This document shows positions 38,620 through 50,044 of a stretch of DNA of 64,000 nt, one piece after another. The stretch covers positions 682,001-746,000 of the forward strand of contig ML978134.1 in assembly GCA_010015805.1 (NCBI GenBank). The letters run 5' to 3'. Origin of the DNA: Rhizodiscina lignyota (lineage: Eukaryota). The notes under the pieces are model-generated. The model saw only the letters and a program-made list of their open reading frames with translations. It was not told the origin of the DNA and made no database searches. How positions within the stretch are numbered: position 1 is the first letter of the stretch; every line of letters begins with the position of its first letter. Both the position numbers and the translations under genes were made by a program.

Positions 38620-39530
38620 AAAGAGCATTATCTGCAGACGTCAGGGGTACCGTCGAAGTTTGCTCAAGTGCTCGCGGTAGCGACGAACTTTGACATATGG
38701 TATTGGCAAGAGTTGGCCAGGGACGTTTGAAAGCACAGTCAGATTACAGAAAATTGGGAACTCTTCGAGGCAAAGTACGGTTGATGATGAGTGCCAAGAG
38801 GGATACTGAAGATACTCAGAGCCGAAGTCTGCATAGAAATCGTCCAATGACCAAATCAATTGGAGAGAACTGACAGCATCAATTGATCAGAAGTACTTGA
38901 CGAACGTGAGGAAAGATGGGCGAGGAGAGCGGAAGTGAGGCCTCCGAAAGATACAGCTAGCTCGTTAATAATGAAATATTTCAATGCTTGGCGCCAAGCG
39001 CCAAAGCTCATCTTCAGCTCTCAGCTTTTGGAGTTCCAGGTTACGAACTATTAACGATGCTCACGAGGCCAGAAAAAGCAAGAATAATCAAACGCACTCC
39101 GAAGAAAATACAATCAAAGCTTCAGACGTAATATCGTGTCCGTCGAAGACGGAGACTGCCTCATCGTAGAGTATTACCAACTTTATCACACTTGCTATTT
39201 CATCACTTCCAAGACTCGAGGAAATGAGGTGTAGCCTCTAAGACGGACGTTTCAACCATGCCCCAAAGCATGTGTAACCAAACTTTCAGAGATGCTCTCG
39301 CGAAATTCGAAGAGTAATACTTGTATGCATTACAGCGCTACAGTATACAGGCTGGCACTCCCAGCCGCACCACTCGACTCGGCCTCACCACCCGTCAGCA
39401 CCACGAGCAATCGCCCACACCTTACATGAATCATGCTCAAACAAGAGACAATGTCCATACCAAGCCCATTACTTGCTTAAATAGACATGCGCAGGACGTT
39501 ATTCATTTTCGAAAGGCCAAACTTTGACTG
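38620..39530 (+). pseudogene. Decayed ORF relic of unknown family, partly homologous to the core of the 5-bp-TSD element
   Basis: Long reading frame broken by scattered stops and a frameshift. Segment 39279-39324 matches the reverse complement of MITE copy 1 at 36/46 nt. Confidence 0.4.
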
Positions 39531-39570
39531 GTGGTCTCAATCTCGCCAACAACCACTTACAGTATCCTCC

Positions 39571-39779
39571 CACAAGGGTGACAAAATAGTTGAGTCCTAT
39601 GAGGTTTCGTCTTCAACGCAAGCGAGAGTATCTCTGAAAAGTCGATAAATTATATACCGGAGTTCGTTTATCTAAAACACGCAGCTTCAGTATGTATAAT
39701 TTATGTTATTAATCGAGGATATATATCCTCGTAGTTCTATATATTACAGCCACGACTCAACTATTCTATCACCCACTTA
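39571..39779 (+). mobile_element. Non-autonomous TIR element, 5-bp TSD family, copy 2 (internally deleted)
   Basis: CACAAGGGTGACAAAATAGTTGAGTC ... GACTCAACTATTCTATCACCCACTTA; TSD CCTCC/CCTTC. Confidence 0.9.
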
Positions 39780-40584
39780 CCTTCGTAGCCTCGAGCCTCA
39801 AAGTCACGTTGCATGGCACGTCAAGGAAGCTTTTTTCCCACGGAGCTCATACTGGAAAGAGGTTAGCTAACGATTGTCTGGGGTACTGCTCGTCAAGCCT
39901 ACCAATCGAAAAGGACAAGTTCTCTGCAGCGTCAATTGTGACGGAACTGTGATGTACCAATAACAGCTCGTAGTGTTGACTACACTTCGAAAGTCTGTCC
40001 AGGCACGCTTTTATCCGCGAATTTTGATTGGACGAGAATACGGTGACAAGACCGCCAGGCTTGCCTCGGCCGGCCTAGCTCAGCTGATCCATGTCTCTCC
40101 ATGCAGAAAATATGTATTGCCTTGGAAAGCTCCATTGGATGAGCACTGACGAAAGACATACAGTTCCCTTCTGGTGAGGCTCGATACGAAGTAGCACGCA
40201 ATTGACATACAACGACAGCATTGCTCTATTTATATTTAAGCACTTTGCAGGTACTTCCGACCGTGGCGCTTTTACCCAATCAAGAAGGCCGAAACAATCA
40301 GTTCCTCGTCCCCGTACGAACACCAGTACACATGGCAGTCATGTCTTGAGAAAGAAGGTAGTGTATTTAGCATACACCACAGCATCTCTCTGTCTTCACT
40401 CTTTTTACCCTCTCTATTTATTCCACAATCTCGCAATGCGGGGCCACTTGAGAAGTTCATAGACTCTTATCCGTTGTCACCGATGTTCAAACTGCTTTTA
40501 CACATGGACGTATAAAGTATCTTAGTGTGCATTTATCAGCATCCACTGGCATCCCTTGGCTTCCACTTCTGTCTTCCGTTCATC

Positions 40585-41954
40585 ATGCAATGGATCACTT
40601 CCCTGATAGCCTTTGCCGGCCTTGTGGGCTCAGCTGTTGCTTCTCCCATTGCGAGTCCTGAGAAACGTACCAGCTCTTTCCGTGTGAAGCAGGTTCAGCG
40701 CGGCGCAAAGATACGATCCGGAGCTGTTGAGATGGAGAGAGTTTTCGCTAAGTTTACAACCGCTGTACCTAGTAATATACGTGTAGCCGCCGCTGCTGCC
40801 GTATCGGGATCGGCCACTACCACACCAGAGCGATTTGATAGTGAATTTCTTACGCCTGTGATGGTCGGTGGCACTACGCTCATGCTGAATATTGATACTG
40901 GCTCTTCAGACCTGTGTGTTTCACCAATCTGCTCTGAATTCTGACCAATTCAACATTCTGACTCTTTATATAGTTGGGTCTTCTCGAATCAGTTGCCAGC
41001 AAGTGAAAGCACAGGTCATTCTGTCTACACTGTTAATGCAGCGAAGAAACTGGTGGGAGATACCTTTTCAGTTTCCTTTGGAGATGGCAGCTCGGCTTCC
41101 GGAAACGTATTCGCAGATACCGTAGTTGTTGGTATGCAAATAGTGTCGATTTCTCTACCTCTATGTACTAACAAAGTTACAATAGGTGGTGTGACTGCCA
41201 CCCGCCAGGCTGTTGAAGCCGCTACTTCAGTGTCCGCATCATTCACCCAGGATACTAATGTCGACGGGTTGATGGGACTTGCATTCAGCCCACTCAATAC
41301 TGTTCAACCGCAACAGCAGCGAACGTTCTTCGATAACGTCAAGTCGACACTGGACACCGCATTGTTCGCCGCCGATCTCATATCTGGCGGGCCAGGTGAA
41401 TATGACTTCGGAGTAAAGCCCCGCTTAGTTGAATCCCTTTTAGACAGACAATGCTAACTTCCGCGAAGTTCATTGATACGGCCAAGTTCACGGGCACGCT
41501 TGACTTCTCCCCGGTCGATAATAGCCTCGGCCTCTGGGAATTCACCACTAGTGGCTACGCTATTGGCACCACACGTCATGCAACAGCGATCAACGGTATT
41601 GCAGACACTGGTACAACTCTGCTCTTGCTTCCTAGTGCTATTGTCACCGCATACTATGCCCAGGTTAAAGGCATACAAAATAGTACACAATTTGGAGGCT
41701 TCATCTTCCCTTGCAATGCAATCCTTCCGACGTTCTCTCTTATCATCGATAGCAAACTGCACACCGTCCCAAGCGACTTCCTCAACTTTGCTCCAGTTGA
41801 CGCGGCGAATACGAACTGCTTCGGAGGAATTCAATCAGCCGCGGGTCTCCCTTTCTCAATCTTTGGCGGCATATTCTTGAAGAGCCAGTACGCTGTCTTT
41901 GACATGTCGCAAGCTACGCCAAGGATAGGCTTCGGCCAGCAGACAAATACTTGA
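40585..41954 (+). CDS. Secreted aspartic protease (A1, aspergillopepsin/penicillopepsin-like)
   Basis: Signal peptide and pro-region; two catalytic motifs 'IDTGSSDL' and 'IADTGTTL'; 'DGLMGLAF', 'CFGGIQ', '[15 protein letters not shown]'; three introns. Confidence 0.93.
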
Positions 41955-42031
41955 GTCCTGGGAATGTCTACTGTCACTCTGTTCATGCTGTTGATCGGAC
42001 CAGGTAGCTGCATGCGGAGCAAGTTACCAGG

Positions 42032-42276
42032 TAAGTGGGTGACAAAATTAGTTGAGTCGTGGCTGCAATATATAGAACTACGAGGATATATATCTTCGAT
42101 AATTAATATAAGTTATATACGCTGAAGCTGCGTGTTTTAGATAAAGGGACTCTAGTATATAATTTATCGACCTTTCAGAGATGCTCTCGCTAGCGTTGAA
42201 GAGGAAACCTCGCCTCTGCAGGCTCTGCTAAACACGTTCAAACTTCACAGGACTCGACCATTTTGTCACCCTCGTG
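42032..42276 (-). mobile_element. Non-autonomous TIR element, 5-bp TSD family, copy 3
   Basis: TAAGTGGGTGACAAAATTAGTTGAGTC ... GACTCGACCATTTTGTCACCCTCGTG; flanks CCAGG/CCGAG (both derivable from CCGGG by one G->A change). Confidence 0.88.
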
Positions 42277-42838
42277 CCGAGACTCTGGAGTTACTTTATA
42301 ACAATACCGCCTCTTTGACGACCTTTGGCTCAGCGACCGTTGCAAGCATTTGAATGACAACGAGAGAAACCGGCTCATACATCATACATAAGCCACGTTT
42401 TCGCCGGCTAGATAGAAATATCATTTACAAAGATGCCGAAGAATATCTTGCCTGATCCGGTTTAAACCTAAATGGGTCTAATCTTGAGAAGCGGCTTATC
42501 TCACCAAATTTCACCTCACATCCACATCCACAATAGGCACCTCAACCCTCGTCATTTTTCTATTCGTATGGAGTATCATTGAGGAAATTGTCTACGAAGG
42601 ACCTCTGATGTTGCTTGCACAAGTTTCATTGACAATTGGAACATCCATCAAACACAAGTGGCAGTACCCCCTCAAATTGACATAAATGGCATTACCAATA
42701 GTAAGAGTATTTGCATCTCGCAGTGAGTTTGTATCGGACGCAGTATCATCTCGTTACGAATAGTTTTTCTTGTTTCCATCAACCCAGCCCTGATTTGTCT
42801 CCTTCCGAGTAAAGTCTTCCTCTTTCATAGACCCGCAA

Positions 42839-44516
42839 TCAGCGGGTGTACGTAAAGAATACGTTTTCCCTGTCAGTAAGATCAAGGAAGGCAACCCTCT
42901 CTCGCTCACGGTTGACGTCCTCTTCCGTCCAACCGTTATCGGCAATAAGCCTCTCAAGCTCGGCCTTCTTCTGTTTGTTCCAGCGGACGTTGACATACGC
43001 CATCGCAACACAACACAGCATCATTACTACAGTCAGAACGACAATAGCCGCCTTTCCAGGGATGTATCCGGGCGCATTCTGGGGCAGGAAGATGTAGGTA
43101 CCAACAACAGATCCGACGCCGAAGGTGAAGAGGGTGAAAGAGTTCACAGTGACCTTCTTGGTGTGGCCACCCGTGTTACTCGCGTTCCAGGCGTAGCAAA
43201 GCGGGAACCCTGGAGCAGACAGATTCTGGAACAGCTGAGCGAACTGGAGCACGCCCTTTTGGCCCGAGTACTAAGCCACGAAATTAGCATCTGACCCGTG
43301 ATAATCATTTCGAGCAAAGAACGTGCCTGCATCGTGGTCATAATTATCATTCCAATCAGCGTAGGGAGCGTGAAGAGGAGGATCAGAGTCATGCGGTCGT
43401 TAATGCGGTCGGAGAGCCAGCCAACGGCGACCACAGCGACGCCACCGATCGCGGCACGAGGCATGTCCAGCAGCAGGCTCTGACGAGATGTCCACCCGAA
43501 ACTTTTGGTGATAATATTGCTGAACGCAGAGTTACCGCCGTTAGGAATCCCTATACACATGATAATTAAGAACATAATCCAGGTGCGGATATCTTTGAAG
43601 GTTTCGGTAATTTGGTATCTCTTTATCTTCGAATTGTGGGTGCCGGCTTGGTCAAGGCGGATACGTTCCAGCGCAGCGATTTTCTCTTCCTTGGACAAGA
43701 AAGTAGCGGTATTAGGCGAGTCAGGAAGGAAGAGGATGACAAGAATGCCGTTGGTGATGGCGAGTGCGCCAAGGATGAGGTACAAGAGTTTCCATGGCTG
43801 GATGGCTCCCTGGTAGAATGTGGCACCGTATGCGACAGCACCACCGACGACCGATGTGCTAAGATTTCCCGCATAGAACCAGCCGATGCGAGTCGCGCGC
43901 TCGTTTTGCTTGTACCACATGCTGACGATGAGGATAAGACTTGGAGAGACACATGCCTCCAGCATACCGAGGAAGAATCGAAGCGCGTAGAAGCCCGAGA
44001 AATTACGGCAGACAGCGTGGAGCATGACAAGGCCGCCCCATAGAATGATATGTGTGCCCAGATACTTGGCGATTGGGAACTTCTGGCCGATGTACTGCGT
44101 GGGAAACATCCAGACGAGAAACCCCATATAAAATGCCTGGGCAACGTCGTTGTAAAGGATGCCAGTAACGGGGAAATCCATGATCGATGCGTAACTTAAG
44201 ATATTCTTGTCCAGAAACTGGGTAAAGTACACAAAGATGAGGAGTGGCATGACACGAAGGTCCTAGTGAGAAGCAGTCAGCCAGCATGTCGACCTTCACA
44301 GCTCAGTTTGAGATGGCTTACAATCTTCCGCCGGAGACGGGAATAGTACTTGTCGTCGAACTGGTATCCATGGTGGGCACCCGCCAGCTTGAGAGCATCA
44401 TCGCCTTCCGCGGAGCTAACTTCATCTTTATCAAATGCAGCAGCATCCGTGTCGGCTGTAGGCCCAACCTCAGCCTCGACGGGCTCGATGGTCTTCTCAA
44501 CATCGGAAGGGGCCAT
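42839..44516 (-). CDS. MFS transporter, allantoate/DAL5-like (ACS family)
   Basis: 'RLRRKID..VMPL..YFTQFLDK', 'LRFFLGMLEACVSP..SMWYK..E...R', 'LPDSP..A.FL', 'IPNGG', 'SNTGGHTKK'; two introns. Confidence 0.9.
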
Positions 44517-44629
44517 ATTGAAAGATGAATCTTGACACAGCAGGAGAGTAGAAGCGGAGGAGTGACGTCTCAAACGTTATGAGAGATCAATACACTTACT
44601 AGTCCTGAGGAATTGCCTTCGTTCCGGCG

Positions 44630-45060
44630 CAACTTATATCTCTTAGAGCCATGTAGAATCTGTCAAGCCTAAATAATCCGTCTGATAAGAAGACATGATT
44701 AATCGAATGGATAGTCGGATTGTCCGTTATCATCCTAGGAAAGAAGTCGGGATAGTAGCCGATGTTGCAGACAGAAATGAATTGATCTGAGGTCTAACCC
44801 AAGAAAGCAAGATAAGTCATTGTGCGGGGATATAGGGGAGCTAGCATCCGGTTATTCTCAGTATCTTCGGTGGCGATAACCTAGCTACTGCAAGATATTT
44901 GCCTTCAGAGATCGTAAAAGGAAGCTGAATATGTCCACGAGATAAAACTAGATAAGGGCCACGCGACTGACTGCAAGCGACTCCCTCGACGTCTATTTGT
45001 GAAAACAACGAGTAGATAAAGAATTGACCACTGACGACCGAAATGCAGGATTTTTATCTT
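44630..45060. promoter_or_regulatory. GATA-site cluster (AreA/Nit2-type nitrogen regulation) upstream of the allantoate-type permease
   Basis: About a dozen GATA/TATC cores in about 430 bp, many as GATAA (e.g. 44684, 44811, 44875, 44941, 44951, 45015). Confidence 0.65.
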
Positions 45061-45389
45061 CAATCATAGTAAAAGGGTACATACAAGCTGTGATCACGTG
45101 AATGTAGTCAGGTGCGCAGTGGAGTCCACAACAGGCGACCAGGTTTTTGCCCCCTTTTCGTTCCTTTCTGGAGTTTCATATGTACACAAAATTGATCCTA
45201 ACTTTTCATCTTTGTCAGAAGCTTCATAGCCACCCATAGAGATTCACAAGGAAGCACTCATTTCACACCTGCTGTAGGTGTAGTCCTCAGCGCATCTCCT
45301 TTCTTACATACGTCATTTTACTGAGTTACAAATTTACACTTTCTGGTTCGCAGAATAGGACCCTACAAATGCGACCTTTAGAAGTCCAG

Positions 45390-46642
45390 CTACATTTCAA
45401 TCAAAACTTTAAGAGTCTTTTGAGTTGCGGCATTTTGGAAGTTTGAATATGCTGCGATCATGTCACTGAATTTGAAATCTGATCCAGGTCAGCACGATCA
45501 TAATAAATGATGTTCAGAGCTTACGGTGTGTGATCAGTTTCTCAGCTGGTAGTTTCCCTGCGACAACCATTTTGAGAAGCGTCGGAGTGGTGACAGCGTC
45601 CACTAAACGAGTTGTGATAGCTATTGATAGTGAGCAGTGTAATCAGTCACACTTAGCTTCATGACTTACAAACGTTCTTGGCCCACAACGTTTCCAAGTG
45701 GAGCTCGACACTGCTGCCATGCACGCCGACGTTTGCGATAACTCCGCCTGGTGCAACTAGCTGTTGACACTGCTCGAAAGTCGCGGGAATGCCAACGGCC
45801 TCGATGATGGTGTCACATCCTTTGCCATCTGTGAGCTCGTCGACGACTTTCTGTGCAGTATTCGGCTCAGCAATGTATTGCACGCCCAATTCTTGCGCTA
45901 CTTTGAGACGGTTCTGGTCCGGATCGATCATGAGGACCCAAGACGGAGAGTAGAGTTGAGAGGTCAAGAAGGCGGCCAAGCCCACAGGCCCCGCTCCAAT
46001 AATGGCGACTGTACTTCCCGGTTGCACCTTGCCATTGAGAACACCACATTCAAAACCAGTTGGGAATATATCAGACAGCATCACTAGAGTTTTCGGGTCT
46101 ACTCCCTGGGGGACTTGGTAGAGCGACGAGTCTGCATGAGGAATTCGTACGTACTCAGCTTGCGTGCCGTCGATTGTGTGGCCAAGGATCCAGCCGCCGG
46201 TTGTACAATGCGAGCTCATTCCCCTTCTGCAATATTCGCATGTGCCGCAGGATGATATACATGAGAGCAATACTTTGTCGCCAACTTTGAACTTGCTCAC
46301 GCCGGAACCGGCCTCTTCAATCGTACCCACTCCCTCGTGACCAAGAGTGGTTCCAGGCGTCGTTTCAGGAACGTCTCCTTTGATAATGTGCAGGTCCGTC
46401 CCACAGATGGTGGTATAGTCGACCTTGACGATGGCATCCGTTGGATTGACTAACTTTGGCTGAGGCTTATCCACGATGGAGATGTCTGATTTCCCGTTGA
46501 AAACAAGAGCCTTCATGGTGCTGATATACCGTAGGTTGAAATGTCTGTTTGCGTTGAATGCCCTGGCAGCAGGAATACGGCTTTGACTGACTTGTTTTGG
46601 CAATGTACAACGAATGAGAGGGAATATGCGAGATGAGAACAT
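45390..46642 (-). CDS. Zinc-dependent alcohol dehydrogenase (MDR family) with possible mitochondrial presequence
   Basis: 'ICGTDLHI', 'GHEGVG', structural Zn 'CGTCEYCRRG..SHC', 'GAGPVG'; two 3' introns, ends ...TLKVLIEM*. In-frame ATGs at 46642 and 46516. Confidence 0.9.
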
Positions 46643-47340
46643 GTTGTGAGGATCAAGGTAAAGAAGAGAACCGGGTGAAGGGATTGGGATTGAAATACTG
46701 TACGGAGGTACCAGCTGAGATCGTCGTATCATTCTTACATGGTTAATCACGCCACGCTAAAATACCTTATGGTGGAGCTACATTCCACTCGGTCACGCCA
46801 CCCGAAGGCCGAAGGTCTCGGAATGAAAAGGACGACAAGGCCAAGCTCCCAGAACGGACCATTATGATAGCTCATTCGAGTCCTTCTCTTCCTCATTTCG
46901 CGAATACAATTGCTGCTCGACTGGAATTTTGAAAGTTTCGCGCGGATGGAAGTCTCGATGAGCGTCGAGCTGACAGAGCGGGGTCATCCCACCAAACAGC
47001 GCGGGGCTCTACGACCTCATCTCTTCTGCGGAGCCGCAGTTCGTGAGTGCTGGCTACCTGACCACAGAAGTTTTGAGTAATACTAATAGAGTCAGTAGTG
47101 AGATTTACGTGTTGCGTTTTCAATTACATATCCATCTAACTCCGATTTCGCCTTTCTTACGTGTTCACAATCTCACCAATTCAGACTTTTGTATTGTGGT
47201 AGTCCAGAGTTTCTCTTCTGGGTTCCCTTTCAGGATGACTGCTATTTTTTTCTCCGTTCTAGTCACAACATTGTCATTTTGTACTCAGGGACCTCCTCCA
47301 CTTACCAGACATAAGCACTGCTACATAGGATCTAACCTGG

Positions 47341-47574
47341 CAAGTGGGTAACAAATAAGTTGAGTCGAGGTGATAATATATCAAACCACGAGGATGTATA
47401 TCCTCGTTAGTTAATATAGGTTATATATACTGAAGCTATACAGTTTTAATAAATATACTCTAGTGTTTATTTAATCGAGGTTTCAGAGATGCTCTCGCAT
47501 ATGCTGAAGAATAAAACTTGTCCTTACTATAGCCGTTCAGGTCAATCGGGCTCAACTATTTTGTCACCCGCGTG
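47341..47574 (-). mobile_element. Non-autonomous TIR element, 5-bp TSD family, copy 4
   Basis: CAAGTGGGTAACAAATAAGTTGAGTC ... GCTCAACTATTTTGTCACCCGCGTG; TSD CCTGG/CCTAG. Confidence 0.9.
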
Positions 47575-47757
47575 CCTAGCACGAAGAAGCTGTAGGTCTC
47601 TCATTTCAAAGCTCTCGTTCATCCTGAAGGCTGTGTGAATATCTAGTTTTAAGCAGCCCACGCGACCAAAAGTCCATGAGCACTTTCATAAGACCCAAAG
47701 ACAACTTGCTGTGGGGACCCAGATCTAACAGAAGTCCTTCACGGATCTCTCATTCTT

Positions 47758-48237
47758 TCACTTCGGCGCTCTCTGCGCCTCCGTCAGCTCTCCACCGACA
47801 GCCTCCACGCCTGCCTGACAGACCTCCGTGTCTTGCTCTACGGTGCCGCCAGAAATGCCAACCGCTCCAATGAAGAAGCCATCTACGAACAACGGCAAGC
47901 CACCCCCGAACACAGCAAGGCCATTATTCGACTGTTCAATGCCGTATAGTCCTCCGCCAGGCTCGCTAGTTTGCAGCAATTGTGCGGAGGTGAAGGCACC
48001 ATTGAACAAGGCCACAGTCCTGGCTTTCTTTATTGCGATATCAATGCTACCCTGCCATGCGTTGTCGGTTCTAAGGAAGGCAACAAGAGTGGCGCTCGGG
48101 TCGACGACAGCAATGTTCACTGGTGTAACCTTCGCGGACTTATCGGCCGCTGCTGCAATGATTTTCAAGGCTTGGATTTGGTCGATGAAGTGACGTTCTG
48201 CTGGCGATGAGCCTAGACCATTGTGACTGGCACTCAT
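47758..48237 (-). CDS. GlcG/HbpS-like heme-binding protein (DUF336)
   Basis: 'VNIAVVDPSATLVAFLRTDNA..GSIDIAIKKARTV', 'FGGGLPL..DG..IGAVGISGG..EQD'. Confidence 0.9.
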   Translation of the reverse strand: MSASHNGLGSSPAERHFIDQIQALKIIAAAADKSAKVTPVNIAVVDPSATLVAFLRTDNAWQGSIDIAIKKARTVALFNGAFTSAQLLQTSEPGGGLYGIEQSNNGLAVFGGGLPLFVDGFFIGAVGISGGTVEQDTEVCQAGVEAVGGELTEAQRAPK

Positions 48238-48913
48238 GGCTGTGAGACTACGGTGAGGTAGGTTTACGAGCTTATGGTAAATGTTAGCATAACATCTTCA
48301 GAGTCTCCCGCCACACCGTGGGCACGAAGCGGAGAGCAGTCCTTGGGGCTTTTGTACATGTAGAATACTTTGTCGATAATCGCGATAACTTCTCCTCTGA
48401 ATGTTTGAGAATGTACTCCAATTGCTGTTCTCTTCGTCCTGCTTTTGGTTTGCAGATGCTAACCTGGTAGAAGGATTTCTCCTAATCCATAAGGACAGCA
48501 ATAGGGAGATGAGGTCATCTCGAGCGGGGAAGACCTAATGGTGGTCAGGAATACCAAGGCAAACCATATAATGGCGAAATGCCTGAGATCCAGGGTGGTC
48601 GCTATCCGATGAATCGATATTTGGAAGTGGTTGACATGATTCGGCGGGTAGCTGCCCTTCATTACTCATCCAATACCGAGTTTCTCATTATGATTGAAAC
48701 CGTTGCGTCGGATGTGGGCCTTGATGAATTTTCCGGACGAACCGCCCTTACTTCGGCGTGACGAGGATGGTTCTAGAGAGGGGGGATTAAGCGTGCTGCT
48801 GCGTGTTGGAAAGTTTTAAGCACAGATCTGTACTCCGTATCTCAAGCTGCGAAAGTGGCTTGGCACGCTATCCTAGGATAGTAGCCTTAGTTAAAGTAAC
48901 TCCAGAGTCTCGG

Positions 48914-49148
48914 CACGAGGGTGGCAAAATAGTCGAGTCCTGTGAAGTTTGGACGTATTTAGTAGAAACGAGATTTTCTCTTCAATACTAGCGAGAGCAT
49001 CTCTGAAAGGTTAATAACTTATATACTAGAGTTCGTTTATCTAGAACATACAGCTTTAGCGTATATCACTTATATTAACTATCGAGGATATACATCCTCA
49101 TAGTTCTATATTGTGCAACTACGACTCAACTATTTTGTCACCCACTTG
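48914..49148 (+). mobile_element. Non-autonomous TIR element, 5-bp TSD family, copy 5
   Basis: CACGAGGGTGGCAAAATAGTCGAGTC ... GACTCAACTATTTTGTCACCCACTTG; exact TSD CTCGG/CTCGG. Confidence 0.92.
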
Positions 49149-50044
49149 CTCGGCAGCGACAGAGGCACCCGGAGATCAACCAATTCTAGGGGCTAAGCGT
49201 ACCTAATATATGGTTACTATCCCACCCAAACTATTATATATATAATTCTTTTTTCCTTCTTTTTCCAACTTCAATGACCTCGTTCCTGTTCTAATTTCCC
49301 CCTATATTGAATACTTCTTTTCTCTATCTAAGTAAGGCCAGGCTACAGGAGTCTATTTACAAACAGTATTGTGTAAGAAGGGTTACGCAAATGATGAGCG
49401 AGTAGGCAACTAAGTGATCCTAATAGAGGAACCAGTTGGTTAATCGGTCGAGGTGGACTCTAAAGAGCCGATTCATTTGCTTGAAAATAAGTAAATTCCT
49501 AAAGAATGTCGGACCCTTTGGAGAGATTTGAAATATTATGCTCTACGTGGAGACGGAGGATAAAACAGACTGTTGTATCTGGGTCACAATGGCCAATAAT
49601 TGCAGTGTTCCTGTAGAAAACATAGTTATCTAATAGAACTTCTGAGTGTAGGAGCAGCTTGCAAAAATGAGAGAGCCAATGACAAAGTATGAAGATATCG
49701 TGACAAATATACCGGTGCCGGTTTGGACTAGCGCATCGCATCGCGGAGTTTGGGCCAACTTCGCCGCCAAAGCGATCGGCTTCCTTCTCATCACGACAAT
49801 TACGCTACAACCTTTCTCCAGTCCGCAATCGCGCATTGCAGCTCATACACGCGACCGGAGATGAGAGTGGAAATTATCCTTCTCTCCCAGCTTTTCGAGA
49901 AGGGCGCAGCAAGCAAGCAGCGATGAGCAGTCACATCATCCCTGGTTTACCCATCAAGGTGAACCACCGCAGTCAGTAAGTTTCCAGCTTCCATACTCTC
50001 CACCACAGCCACGCAAGACTCTTCGTATGGCATTGTGAAACGCT

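Noticed and set aside
36842..49148. Composite transposons in which MITE pairs carry the epoxide hydrolase, protease, MFS+ADH or GlcG genes as cargo
   Set aside because: Each copy has its own matching 5-bp flanks, indicating independent insertions; no TSD is shared across any pair.
36842..49148. Solo LTR interpretation of the five repeats
   Set aside because: Ends are CA...TG/TA with about 25-bp TIRs, not TG...CA; no PBS/PPT or gag-pol remnants were seen.
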